This document shows positions 33,753 through 45,086 of a stretch of 64,000 nucleotides of DNA, one piece after another. Positions within the stretch are counted from its first letter, which is position 1. Every line of letters begins with the position of its first letter. Both the position numbers and the translations under genes were made by a program. The notes below the pieces were generated by a model. It was given only the letters and a program-made list of their open reading frames with translations, was not told where the DNA came from and did not search any database. Source of the DNA: Sphingobacteriales bacterium JAD_PAG50586_3 (lineage in GTDB: Bacteria > Bacteroidota > Bacteroidia > CAMBQF01); the NCBI GenBank assembly GCA_023213195.1, contig CP096135.1:248126-312125 (forward strand). The letters are read 5' to 3'.

Positions 33753-34466
33753 GTGAAGATAGCAGTAGTTATACCGGCTTTTAACGAAGAAGAGAATATA
33801 GCCAGCGTGGTAAACGGCTTAAACAGCATGGCTGTAGCCAATAAGCTGGATGTTACCCCTGTGGTGGTAAACGATTGCTCTTTGGATAATACTGCCGCAA
33901 TAATTGCCAATTTAAACTGTGTGGCGCTAAACCTGCCCGTAAACCTGGGCATAGGGGGCGCGGTGCAAACAGGTATTAAATATGCCTACCGCAATGGTTT
34001 TGATGTTGCTTTTCAGCTTGATGGCGACGGGCAACACCCCGCCAGCGAGATACCCAAACTGGTGCAGGCGCATATAGCCAATAACTGGGATGTGGTAATA
34101 GGCTCGCGCTTTTTAACTAACGAGGGGTTTCAATCATCGTTTGCGCGGCGCACGGGCATAAAGTACTTTAAGCACCTTATACGCTTTATGTGCGGTGTTA
34201 GGGTTACCGATGCTACATCGGGCTACCGCCTGCTAAACCGCAAGGCTATGGCTATTGTAAACGATTATTACCCGCACGATTATCCCGAGCCTGAAGCCGT
34301 GGTAATGTATGTGCGCAATAATTGCACCGTGGGCGAGGTGCCTGTGGTAATGCTGGAAAGGCAGGGTGGCGTATCGTCTATTGGCACAACAACCAGCATA
34401 TTTTATATGGTAAAGGTTACGCTTGCCGTGGTTTTTGCTTATTTTGTTAGTGTACGTAAACGTTAA
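33753..34466 (+). CDS. GT2 glycosyltransferase (DPM1/polyprenol-phosphate glycosyltransferase-like)
   Basis: VIPAFNEE, VNDCSLD, NLGIGGA, LDGDGQH, VIGSRF, DATSGYR. Confidence 0.9.
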   Translation: MKIAVVIPAFNEEENIASVVNGLNSMAVANKLDVTPVVVNDCSLDNTAAIIANLNCVALNLPVNLGIGGAVQTGIKYAYRNGFDVAFQLDGDGQHPASEIPKLVQAHIANNWDVVIGSRFLTNEGFQSSFARRTGIKYFKHLIRFMCGVRVTDATSGYRLLNRKAMAIVNDYYPHDYPEPEAVVMYVRNNCTVGEVPVVMLERQGGVSSIGTTTSIFYMVKVTLAVVFAYFVSVRKR

Positions 34467-34480
34467 TAATATCAACCCTT

Positions 34481-34864
34481 ATGATACTACCTGTTAAAAT
34501 AAAGGTAATTGTAACGCTTATAGCCATTGGGTTTTTAGCTTATGTAAGCCGTTTAATTCTTAAACGCCGGCTAAAAGAGGAATATGCCATTATTTGGTTT
34601 GTAAGCACGTTTATACTGGCTTTACTATCATTCCGCAGCGATTTATTAGACACGGTAGCCGTGCTGTTGGGTGTGGCCTTTGCCCCAAACTTACTGTTTG
34701 CTGGGATAATATTTGTGGGCATGGTGTATTTATTGCACCTATCGGTAAAGCTGTCTAAACAACAGGAGCAAACTAAAAACCTTACGCAGGAGATAGCCTT
34801 GCTTAAACAGGCCATATTAGAGAATAAAGTAAACAGCCTCGGCCCTGACAAGATAGAAGAATAA
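34481..34864 (+). CDS. DUF2304 family membrane protein
   Basis: Three TM segments, RRLKEEYAIIW, LTQEIALL tail; usual partner of this GT2 class. Confidence 0.8.
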   Translation: MILPVKIKVIVTLIAIGFLAYVSRLILKRRLKEEYAIIWFVSTFILALLSFRSDLLDTVAVLLGVAFAPNLLFAGIIFVGMVYLLHLSVKLSKQQEQTKNLTQEIALLKQAILENKVNSLGPDKIEE

Positions 34865-34865
34865 C

Positions 34866-35267
34866 GTGGGAATGCCAATTTATGATAACGAAGCTGATAG
34901 GCTTAGCATGTATTTGGTTGGCAAACCCTGCACGGCCGATATAAAAGAAGCGTTTGCCGATGCCGTTACCAAACTGGATATAACCTTTACGCCCAATCAG
35001 GAAAAACTCTACAGCCGCATGCTTAGCTCTAGGTTTATGATGCGGGCTGTTGATGGGGGTTTGGTGTTTGTAAACAGGGACTCTTTGCTACGCAAGCGTA
35101 TATTTGTTATGCTTTGTTTGTTGGAAGCATCTAAAGATTATACAGACAGCTTTTTACCCCAAAAGCGCAACTGGCTGCACTTTTTCTACATTGGCATTAT
35201 AACATCGTGGGCGTTTTTTACAGCTATTGTGGGTATATTAATTATTAAAACAGCAAACGTTGAATAG
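34866..35267 (+). CDS. Hypothetical protein with C-terminal TM helix
   Basis: 133-aa ORF tightly coupled within operon. Confidence 0.7.
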   Translation: MGMPIYDNEADRLSMYLVGKPCTADIKEAFADAVTKLDITFTPNQEKLYSRMLSSRFMMRAVDGGLVFVNRDSLLRKRIFVMLCLLEASKDYTDSFLPQKRNWLHFFYIGIITSWAFFTAIVGILIIKTANVE

Positions 35268-36878
35268 CGAGCAAAACCCTGCGGAGTTTATTGTGGTAGG
35301 CTCGGGCCTTACCGGCGCTATGGCTGCCCAAACGCTTGTTGAGGGTGGCGCACAGGTACTTATGCTTGATGTTGCCTACAAAAACGAAACAGGAAATAAA
35401 TTCCCAAGCGATAATTTTTTAGCCATACGCCAAAATAACCCCAACCAGCGCGATTTATTGCTTGGTAAAGATTACGAGGGCATACCCTGGGGTGCTATTA
35501 AAACCGGGGCGCAGCTAACACCGGGGCGAAAATACATGGCCAAAGGCATAGAGCATTGGCTGCCAATCATCAGCAAAACATTCTTCCCTATAGAGAGCCT
35601 TGCCCTTGGCGGCTTAGGCGGTGGTTGGGGCGCCGGATGCTATGTGTTTTCCGGTGCTGAATTTGAAAAAGCCGGTATAAGCAAAAGCCTGTTTAACCAG
35701 AGCTACCAAACCGTTGCCGACCGCATAGGAATATCGGGCGGGCAAGATGATATAGAACGCTTTACTACAGAGGGATTGCAAGGCATACAGCCGGGCATTC
35801 AGGTAGAAGAAAGCATGCAGCGTATCTTAAAAAAATACAATGCAAAAAAAGCAAGCTGAACAGCCGTGGATTTTATACGGGCATATCTACCCTTGCTATG
35901 CTAACGCAGGATAAGGACGACCGCAAAGCTTTTACGTATAACGACATGGATTTTTGGCACGATAACGACCAGTCGGTGTACCGTGCGTGGATGACGATAG
36001 AGAAGCTGAAAGCCACACCTAACTTTAGGTTGGAAGAAAAAATGCTAGTTGTTAAGTTTGAAGAGGTGGGCGATTTGGTAAAGGTTGTTTGCCGTAATGT
36101 TGACACGAACGAGGAGAAGCTGTTTTGGTGTAAAAAGCTAGTATTATGTAGCGGGGTTTTAAGCACCGCGCGTATTGCCTTACGGTCTTTTAACGTAGCT
36201 AAAAAGCTTCCGCTAATATCCAACCCCTACGTGTATGTGCCCATGATAAACTACAGCATGTTGGGCAAGGTTACGCAAAGCCACAAGAGCAGCATGTCGC
36301 AGTTGTTTATGTTCTTTGACAAGAAAGGGGATAATAGCGATGTAGCAATGGCGAGTATGTTTACGTACCGGTCGCTGTTGCTGTATAGGCTGATAAAAGA
36401 AGCACCTGTAAACTTTGCCGCAGGGCGAGAAGTTATGCAATACCTAACACCCGCTATGGTTATTGCAGGTATACACCACCCTGAGTTTGGCGGCGAAGGT
36501 AAATACGTAGAATTATTGCCCGATAGCAATTCGCCTACCGGAGATATTTTGCATGCCGAATATGCCCTTACCGATGCTGAAGAAAAAGAGGTAAAAGCCA
36601 CCGAGAGTAAATTCTTTAAAACCTTTATGGCTTTGGGATGCATACCTATTCAAAAAGTATACCCGGGCCACGGCAGTAGCATACACTATGCGGGTACGTT
36701 GCCTTTTTCAGACAAAGAAGAAATTTATACTACCGCCGAAAACGGCAGGCTGCACCAGACTAAAAACGTTTGGGTAGCCGATGGTTCATCGCTTAAATAT
36801 GTGCCGGCAAAAGGCATATCATTTACCTTAATGGCCAATGCCGACAGGGTAGCTAAACACGCGTTAAACAACAGGTAA
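35260..36878 (+). CDS. FAD-dependent GMC-family oxidoreductase; frame break in A-run near 35850
   Basis: IVVGSGLTG, GGLGGGWG, IHYAGT, VWVADGS, FTLMANADRV. Confidence 0.85.
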
Positions 36879-37716
36879 TGGTTATAGCGGTAACAGGTGC
36901 ATCTGGTTTTATAGGCAGCCTATTGGTTAGCCACCTTGCGCAAAAGCATACCGTTATTGCCTTAAAACGCAGGCTCGACAATACCCATCAACCTAAAGTT
37001 GAAGAGCGCTTGTTTGACCTTACCAAGCCCGAAACATTTGAAAATATTAGTGGTGCAGATGCTTTGGTGCATTGCGCTTATATAGAATTCAGCCCAAAAA
37101 ACAAAGAAGCATCAACCCAAAACATAGAGGGCACGCTGGCATTAGCCAACCTTTGCAAAGAAAAGGGCATGCACTTTATATTCCTTTCGTCCATGTCGGC
37201 GCATGCCGATGCCCTATCGGAATACGGCAAGCACAAGTTTGCCATAGAGCGTAAACTTAGCGGCAAAGGGCAGGCTATCATCCGCCCCGGCTTGGTGGTT
37301 GGCGATACCGGAGGGTTATACAACAACATCAAAAACATCATTGCTAAGTCGTCTATCATACCACTTATTGGCGGTGGAAATCAGCCTATACAAATTGTAC
37401 ACGTAGACCAACTTTGCAGCGTAATTGAACAGGTAGCCGTAAACAAAACCGATGGTTTTTATACGGTAGCCACGCCGCGGGTTTATACCATGAAAGAACT
37501 GTACAACGCCATTGCGGCAGGGCAAAGCAAGAAGATTCGATTTATCAATTTGCCGTTTGGATTTATGAAGTTCACATTGAGCATTGCCGAGGCTATTGGC
37601 CTAAACCTGCCCATAAAAACAGAAAATTTAAATGGCTTAAAGCAGCTACGCTCTTTCAACACCAAACCCGATTTAGAAAAGCTGGGTGTTGAGTTGAGGG
37701 GTTGGAGAGCATCTAA
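36878..37716 (+). CDS. NAD-dependent epimerase/dehydratase (SDR); true stop probably TAA 37714-37716
   Basis: VTGASGFIG, YGKHK (YxxxK), RPGLV; ORF extension to 37957 is translated repeat DNA caused by a G-run slip near 37700. Confidence 0.85.
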
Positions 37717-37717
37717 A

Positions 37718-37963
37718 TCCCCGCCTTGGAGGGTGCCGAACAAAGTGACGGCGGGATGGGTTCAGCTTCAACACACCCCGTCGCGGCAAGCCGCGCCACC
37801 CCTCTCAAGAGGGGATATTTCTTTTATAGTCTTGACAAAGGCCCTTTGGGGGTTGTACCTTTGCAGGAATCCCGACGATAAATGTCGGGGCAAGACTAAA
37901 ACTATGCCTTTGATAAACCTCCCCCGTCCCGCCTCAGGCGGAAGCACCCCTCCGTGAGGGGGA
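37718..37963. repeat. Cluster of REP-like double hairpins (family B) and a central stem-loop
   Basis: 37772-37816 cgcggc/gccgcg plus cacccctct-caa-gagggg; 37918-37963 similar; degenerate inverted copy 37718-37760. Confidence 0.7.
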
Positions 37964-38088
37964 CAAAATATTCCCAGATTCAATCCGCGAAAACTACCTC
38001 ATCAGCTACATATTGTAAGAATACTGACTAGTAATTACTGACTACTGAACCCTGACCTCTGAATCCTACGAAATACCAACTAAAAATC

Positions 38089-38099
38089 GTATCTTTGCA
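38089..38099 (+). promoter_or_regulatory. Bacteroidota sigma-70 -7 element for ileS
   Basis: TATCTTTG (TAnnTTTG) about 20 nt before ATG. Confidence 0.7.
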
Positions 38100-38116
38100 C
38101 CTATTTTTTACGAACC

Positions 38117-41100
38117 ATGCAAAAGCAAGTATATACCGAATATAAAGGGCTTAACCTGCCTAAAATAGCTGAAGAAATATTGGCGTTTTGGGAGAAGGAA
38201 GGGATATTTGAAAAAAGTATCACCACCCGCGATGGCAGCCCGCAATTTACTTTTTACGAAGGCCCACCTTCGGCTAACGGCCTGCCGGGCATACACCATG
38301 TTATGGCCCGTACCATTAAAGATATTTTTTGCCGTTACCAAACGCTTAAAGGCTTGCAGGTAAACCGCAAAGCGGGTTGGGATACGCATGGCCTGCCCGT
38401 AGAGCTTGGCGTAGAAAAAGCATTGGGCATTACTAAAGAAAATATTGGCAAAACCATTAGCGTGGAAGACTATAACAAAGCCTGCCGCGCCGATGTAATG
38501 AAATATACCGACCTGTGGGCCCGCCTTACCAAGGAAATGGGCTACTGGGTAAACATGGAAGACCCTTACATTACCTACGAAACCGATTATATGGAGACCG
38601 TATGGTATTTGTTAAAGATGTTTTTTGAGAAAGGGTATCTGTATAAAGGCTACACCATACAACCTTACTCGCCTGCGGCAGGTACGGGCCTAAGCAGCCA
38701 CGAGTTGAATATGCCGGGCACTTACAAGCCGGTAAAAGACACTACGGTTGTAGCGCAGTTTAAGGTTGCCAGCGTGCCTGAGACATCGCCGATATACTCG
38801 TTATTTAACGAGGCCAACACTTTTGGCAGCGGCGCTGAATTCTTTCTATTAGCATGGACAACCACCCCGTGGACCTTACCGTCTAACACCGCATTAGCAG
38901 TGGGTGAAAAGATTGATTACGTTGCTTTAGAAACATTCAACCCATACACCTTTAAGCCCGTAGTTGTTGTATTGGCAAAATCGTTAATGGGCAAATACTT
39001 CCCCGAGAAAAACGCCGAACTTAAGTTTGAAGACTTTAAGGAAGGCGATAAAAACATACCATTCCGCTTAGTTAGCGAGTTTAAAGGCAAAGACCTTGTG
39101 GGCGTGCGTTACGAGCAATTGTTGCCTTATGCACAACCTGAAGAGGGCGATGCATTCCGCGTTGTGGGTGGCGACTTTGTTAGTACTGAAGATGGTACAG
39201 GTATAGTACACATAGCCCCAAGCTTTGGTGCAGACGACTTCCGCACGGCTAAGCAAAACGGCATAGGCGCGTTAACACTGGTTGACCTGCGTGGCCGTTT
39301 TACCGATAATGTGGGTGAGTTTGCCGGCGAATATGTAAAGGAGCAATACCTTACCGACGAAGAGAAAGAGACCGAGCGCGTTAAGCAGGGCCGCGATAAA
39401 TACCTAAGTGTTGATGAGCGTATAGCCATCAAACTAAAGACAGAAAACCGCGCGTTTAAAGTAGAGAAATACGAGCATAACTACCCACACTGCTGGCGTA
39501 CCGATAAGCCTGTATTGTACTACCCGCTTGACTCTTGGTTTATAAAAACCACCGCAGCCAAACCGCGCCTGATAGAGCTTAATAAAACCATCAACTGGAT
39601 GCCCGAAAGCACCGGCAGCGGCCGCTTTGGTAACTGGTTAGAGAATTTACAGGATTGGAACTTATCACGCTCTCGCTACTGGGGTATACCATTGCCGCTG
39701 TGGATAAGCGAAGACAAAACCGAAACGCTTTGTATAGGTTCTGTTGAGGAGCTGAATAAAGAGATTGAAAAATCTATAGCCGCAGGGGTAATGAGCGGTA
39801 ACCCGCTTAACCGCCCCGATGGCTCGGTAGACTTGCATAAACCGTTTGTTGACGAGGTAATATTAATCAGCGCCAGCGGCCAAAAATGTACCGCGAAAGC
39901 GACCTGATAGACGTTTGGTTTGATAGTGGTGCCATGCCCTACGCCCAACGCCACTGGCCTTTTGAGAATAAGGAGTTGTTTGAAAAAACATTCCCTGCTG
40001 ATTTTATAGCCGAGGGTGTAGACCAAACACGCGGTTGGTTCTTTACGCTGCACACCATTGCCGTAATGTTGTTTGATAGTGTTGCGTATAAAAACGTAAT
40101 ATCGAACGGCTTGGTGCTTGATAAAAACGGCAATAAAATGTCGAAGAGCAAGGGCAACGCTGTTGACCCCTTTGCTACCCTGGCCCAATACGGACCCGAT
40201 GCTACCCGCTGGTACATGATTACCAACGCACAGCCATGGGATAACCTGAAGTTTGATGTAGAAGGCATAGGCGAGGTGCAACGCAAGTTCTTTGGTACGC
40301 TGTATAACACGTACTCGTTCTTTGCACTGTATGCCAACATTGATAAGTTTGTAATAGACGAAAACAATACCCTGCCTGTTGCTGAACGCAGCGAGCTTGA
40401 CCGTTGGATACTATCTAAACTACATAGCCTTGTTAAATTGGTTACCGAACAGTTAGACGGTTACGACCCAACACCGGCTGCCCGTGCTATAGACGAGTTT
40501 GTAGGCGAGCACTTGAGTAACTGGTACGTACGTTTATCTCGCCGCCGTTTTTGGAAAGGGGATATGAACCCCGACAAACAGGCTGCTTACGAAACGTTGT
40601 ACGAGTGTTTAAGCGTAGTATCGCAGTTAATGAGCCCTGTTGCTCCTTTCTTTGCCGATTGGTTGTACAAGAACCTGACCGAGACATTAACAGGCAAAGC
40701 AGAATCGGTACACTTAACCTTGTTAGCCAAGGCCAATGAAAACCTTATAGACAAAGGTCTGGAAGAGCGCATGGAACTTGCACAGCAAATAACATCGCTA
40801 ACCTTGGCATTGCGCAAAAAGGTAAACCTGCGTGTGCGCCAGCCGCTGAACAAGATATTGGTGCCTGTGCTTAACGATGATTTCCAAAAGAAAGTAGAAG
40901 ACATTAAAGGCCTTATACTATCGGAAGTAAACGTTAAAGAACTGGAGTTTTTAACCGATACCAACTTCCATGGTAAAGAAGATAAAGCCCAACTTTAAGT
41001 CTATAGGTGCTACCGAGTACAAAAACCTGATGAAGCAGATTGCTGCTGCCATAGGTACGTTTACCAAAGAGGATATAAGCGAGATAGAAACCAACGGTTT

Positions 41101-41510
41101 TAAAAATATTACTGTTGATGGCCAAGGCCATAAAACTGGAACTGAAAGATGTGGAAATAACCACCGACGATATACCGGGCTGGGTAGTAAACAGTTGGAA
41201 CGGTGTTACCGTGGCACTGGATATAACCCTGACTGAACAGTTGAAAGAAGAAGGCATAGCCCGCGAATTAGTAAACCGCATACAAAATATACGCAAAGAC
41301 CTTGATTATGAGGTAACTGACCGTATAGGTGTGTTAATTCAACATCATGATTTGATTGCGCCGGCTGTGCTAAATAATTTAGATTATATTTGCGCCGAAA
41401 CTTTAGCAGGGAGTTTGGAGTTAAAGCCCTTGTTAAATGCAGGTGAAGCGGTAAACGTTGAGGTTGACGAAAACGTGGAAACGCTTATCCTGATTACTAA
41501 ATTAAATTAG
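38117..41510 (+). CDS. ileS: Isoleucine--tRNA ligase (type 2); breaks near 39885, 40970, 41124
   Basis: EGPPSANGLPGIHH, GWDTHGLP, WTTTPWTLP, DWNLSRSRYWG, EGVDQTRGWF, KMSKS. Confidence 0.97.
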
Positions 41511-41539
41511 TATAAACCCATAATCAACCAACGCATATT

Positions 41540-41971
41540 ATGGCAAAGAAAGTTACAAACGATAAACCTGCAGCTGAAAAAACCAGCTACAGCCATGATG
41601 AGTTAATGGAGTTTAAGGAGATTATTAACCGCAAGCTTGAAGAGGCGCGTACTGACTACGACCTGCTTGTTAGTTCTTTCTCTAACAAAGACGACCACGG
41701 TACTGACGATACATCGCCAACGTTTAAGTTGTTGGAAGAAGGTTCTGAAGTTCTTTCTAAAGAAGAAACAGGCCAGCTTGCTACCCGCCAAAAGAAGTTT
41801 ATTGAAAGCCTTGAGGCTGCTTTGGTGCGCATACAAAACAAAACATACGGCATTTGCCGTGTTACAGGTAAGCTTATACCTAAAGAGCGCCTACGCATTG
41901 TGCCCCACGCTACCCTTAGCATGGAAGCCAAAACGCAACGCAACGATTTTAACCCCGGCAGCGGCGACTAA
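41540..41971 (+). CDS. TraR/DksA family protein
   Basis: LEAALVRIQNKTYGICRVTGKLIPKERL..VPHA; conserved ileS-dksA-lspA order. Confidence 0.9.
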   Translation: MAKKVTNDKPAAEKTSYSHDELMEFKEIINRKLEEARTDYDLLVSSFSNKDDHGTDDTSPTFKLLEEGSEVLSKEETGQLATRQKKFIESLEAALVRIQNKTYGICRVTGKLIPKERLRIVPHATLSMEAKTQRNDFNPGSGD

Positions 41972-41992
41972 TTATTAATCAATATTATTCCG

Positions 41993-42022
41993 GCCCCGGT
42001 GTGCAAAACAGCCGGGGCTTTT
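41993..42022 (+). terminator. Hairpin/terminator between dksA-like gene and lspA
   Basis: gccccgg...ccggggctttt. Confidence 0.55.
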
Positions 42023-42029
42023 GTATACT

Positions 42030-42705
42030 ATGAAGAAGCCCCTTCTTATTATTTTTCTTGTGCTGCTGCTAGACCAAACGGTTAAGTTTTGGATTAAAAC
42101 AAACATGTACATTGGGCAATCTATAAAGGTATTAGGCGATAAATTCCAGATATATTTTATAGAGAATAACGGCATGGCCTTTGGCATGGAACTGGGCGAA
42201 ACCGACTATAGCAAACTGGCTTTAACGCTTATACGCATTGTGTTTGTATGCGGTATTGCCTTGATATTTATACAAGCTTACGCAAAGTGTAGAGAAAGTG
42301 CCTAATGGCCTTATTGTTAGCCTGTCGCTGATATTTGCGGGGGCTATTGGTAATATTTTAGATAGCTTGTTTTATGGGTTGATATTTAGCGCCAGCCCAG
42401 AGGGCACGCCTATTGTAGCGGAGTTTATGCCTGCCGAAGGCGGCTACGGTACTTTCTTACACGGCCGTGTGGTTGATATGCTGTACTTCCCCTTATTTAC
42501 TATTGAGCATGTACCCGATTGGGTTCCTCTTATTGGCGGTGGCAGGTTTACCTTTTTTAACGCCATATTTAACGTAGCCGATAGCGCTATTACTGTTGGG
42601 GTATTGATGATGCTATTCTTCCAGAAACGCTACTTTGTTTCTAAGAATGTGGTGCGCACCTCTGCTACAACCGACCAGCCACAGCCGGGCGATAATCCGG
42701 AGTAG
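42030..42705 (+). CDS. lspA: Lipoprotein signal peptidase II; frame break near 42260
   Basis: DQTVK, ENNGMAFG, GAIGNILD, VVDML, FNVADS. Confidence 0.93.
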
Positions 42706-42882
42706 TTACCTATTTACCACATAGCGGAAAAACAACACTACAAGGCATATCAGGAACATGAAGATGGATATGCGGTTAATGCCGTGCATTGCGCGCAACG
42801 AAAAATTGGGCTTTAATTCACCCTCTTTTGGCTTGGCAAACAGGGTGCGTATATCCAGGTAATGAAGGAATTTTTTCCACAT
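42706..42882 (-). CDS. Small membrane protein, 58 aa (DUF6728-like)
   Basis: Manual translation MWKKFLHYLDIRTLFAKPKEGELKPNFSLRAMHGINRISIFMFLICLVVLFFRYVVNR; below ORF cut-off. Confidence 0.7.
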   Translation of the reverse strand: MWKKFLHYLDIRTLFAKPKEGELKPNFSLRAMHGINRISIFMFLICLVVLFFRYVVNR

Positions 42883-42900
42883 AATATGTAAAGATACTGG

Positions 42901-44506
42901 CTATTTAACAATATGCAATAAATACCTTTTTTCTAAGGTTTTGCCGCGCGTTTCGGGGTTAAGAAAGTTGAGGCTGAGCATTACAATATGGTAGTGCATA
43001 AACAGCTTTTCTTCTACAATGTTTAACCCTTGGCTTTAACCTCGTTGTAGCCTGCTTCATCAGTTACCAGCCATACATCGCCTTGTAAGGTATCGGGCGT
43101 TGTGGGCACTACAATGGTGCGGGCATAAAAATCGAAGGCGTGGCCTACTACGTGGTAGTATTTAATCTTATCCACCGGAATTTGCTTATCTACCACATAA
43201 TGCGCCATAACACTGGTGCTATGGTATTTTAATAGCTGTGGATAGACATGCGCATTCATTACCAAGTTAAACAGGCATAATGCAAATAGTGAAGGAAGTA
43301 TAATTTTCAGGGCCCCTGTAATTTTAATAAACAACAACATAATTAGTATTGCTGATACAACAATTACAATCCACAACAAGACATTTTGCAGTGGAAAAAA
43401 CCATAGGCAAAACATTCCTATCAATATAAATGCTGTTATATTAATTACTAAATGCAATGCCCTGAAAGTCTTATACAAAGGCATCCATATAAAACCAAGT
43501 AACCAGTCGGCAGATATCAAGGCAATAAAAGGAAATACTACAAATATGTAATGCGGCAGCTTGTATTGCGACATTGACAATGCTATAAACGGCAGTGTAA
43601 AGCCTGCCAATAATAACACATCATTAGCAAAATTGATATGCATTTTGCTTTTGACAATACGTATAGCTTTTGAACCCCAAGCCCATAATCCTACAAAAGA
43701 AAACGGCAGAAATGCCCATAAGTAAGTATGTACAAAAAAGAAATAACCGGCATCGTTCTTCCAAACGTTTTCACCTGTAATGCGGCCAAAGCTTTGTGTC
43801 CAGAAGAAGAACAGCGGCCCCTCTTTACCATATTGCTGGTATAGCCCATATACCATTGGGGCCAGTATTATACCAATAATGCCTAAACCAATTAACCAAC
43901 GGGGGTTGAAAATGGATTTAAAATCGCGCTTGTAGAGCAGGTACGTACCCAATGCTAATGCAGGAACCATCAACCCTAAAGGGCCTTTTGACAGCATGCC
44001 TAAGGCAACAAACGTAAAACCGGTGATGAAATGCAGCCACTTCTTCGTATCGATGTATTCGAACAATGCCCATACAGCCATTATAACAGAGGCGGCAAGC
44101 ATGGTGTCGGTACGCACATCGTTATTAAAGCTATACCACGCCTGGCAGCCGTAGAGCATAAGGGCGGCTATTTGCCCCGTTTGTTTAGTATATAGCTTTT
44201 TGCCCAAGGCATAGGTAGCATACACCCCAAACAATGTAAATATAAACGATGGTAACTTATAGGCTATGTTAGATACTCCAAACAGCTTAAACATTAGTGC
44301 CGAAAGCCAAAACAGCAAGGGGGTTTATCAAGGTAATTCTGGTGGCGGTGCATTACCTGCAGCCAACTACCATCATCTGCCATTTCGCGGCTTATAGATG
44401 CATACTGCGCGGCATCAACCTCCATTACATCAACAAACAAGCCTACTACATACACTATAGTAAAAGCCACAAATGCCCACGGCAATAGTTTGCTAAACTT
44501 GTTCAT
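42901..44506 (-). CDS. ArnT/PMT-like (GT-C) glycosyltransferase; breaks near 44320 and 43025
   Basis: DAAQYASISREM, YLDKPP, KGPLG, FFFWTQSFGR, KLPHY; many TM helices; tail FLNPETR...HIVK*. Confidence 0.88.
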
Positions 44507-45086
44507 TGCGCAGCAGTTTATCTAAGGCCAACACCTGCGCTATAACAGGGGCGTTGCCTTCATTCAAAATAACATAATCGGCTTGGGCTAGTTTATCGCT
44601 ATCGGGCCATTGGTTTTTAATGCGGTTAAGCACCTCTTCCCTACCCACATTGTCGCGTTGCATAACACGTTCTATACGTACCTCTTCAGCAGCAGTAACC
44701 ATTATGCTTTTATCCATCAATTTATACGCCCCGCTTTCAAACAGTATAGCAGCTTCGTACAGAATATAAGGAGCGTTTTTATTGGCCTCTAACCACACAG
44801 GCAACTCGGCCCTTACGGCAGGGTGAACAATACTATTTAGCTTAGCCAACGCATCGGGATTATTAAACACCAGGGCTGCCATTTTGGGCCTGTCTAGCAA
44901 CCCATCAACATACATATCATTACCAAAAGCCTCTTTAATTTGGGCTATAACCTGTGGGTTACGGTTGGTAATGGTACGTGCGCTATCATCGGCATGGTAA
45001 ACAGGTATGCAAAGGGCTTTAAACACTTTGCATACAATAGATTTGCCGCTACCAATGCCGCCTGTTATGCCAATTTTTAAGGTCAT
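44493..45086 (-). CDS. coaE: Dephospho-CoA kinase
   Basis: GITGGIGSGKS, VHPAV, EAAILFE, RVMQRD. Confidence 0.95.
   Translation of the reverse strand: MTLKIGITGGIGSGKSIVCKVFKALCIPVYHADDSARTITNRNPQVIAQIKEAFGNDMYVDGLLDRPKMAALVFNNPDALAKLNSIVHPAVRAELPVWLEANKNAPYILYEAAILFESGAYKLMDKSIMVTAAEEVRIERVMQRDNVGREEVLNRIKNQWPDSDKLAQADYVILNEGNAPVIAQVLALDKLLRNEQV

Noticed and set aside
37717-37957. C-terminal extension of the SDR in the ORF track
   Set aside because: It is translated repeat DNA; adding one G near 37700 gives a stop at 37714-37716
37718-38116. T-box riboswitch upstream of ileS
   Set aside because: No T-box consensus or antiterminator seen; a promoter element sits about 20 nt from the ATG; the hairpins match dispersed repeats
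41540-41971. DksA-like protein with only one Cys (no C4 zinc finger)
   Set aside because: The CRVTG form is the ordinary Bacteroidota variant in the ileS-lspA locus
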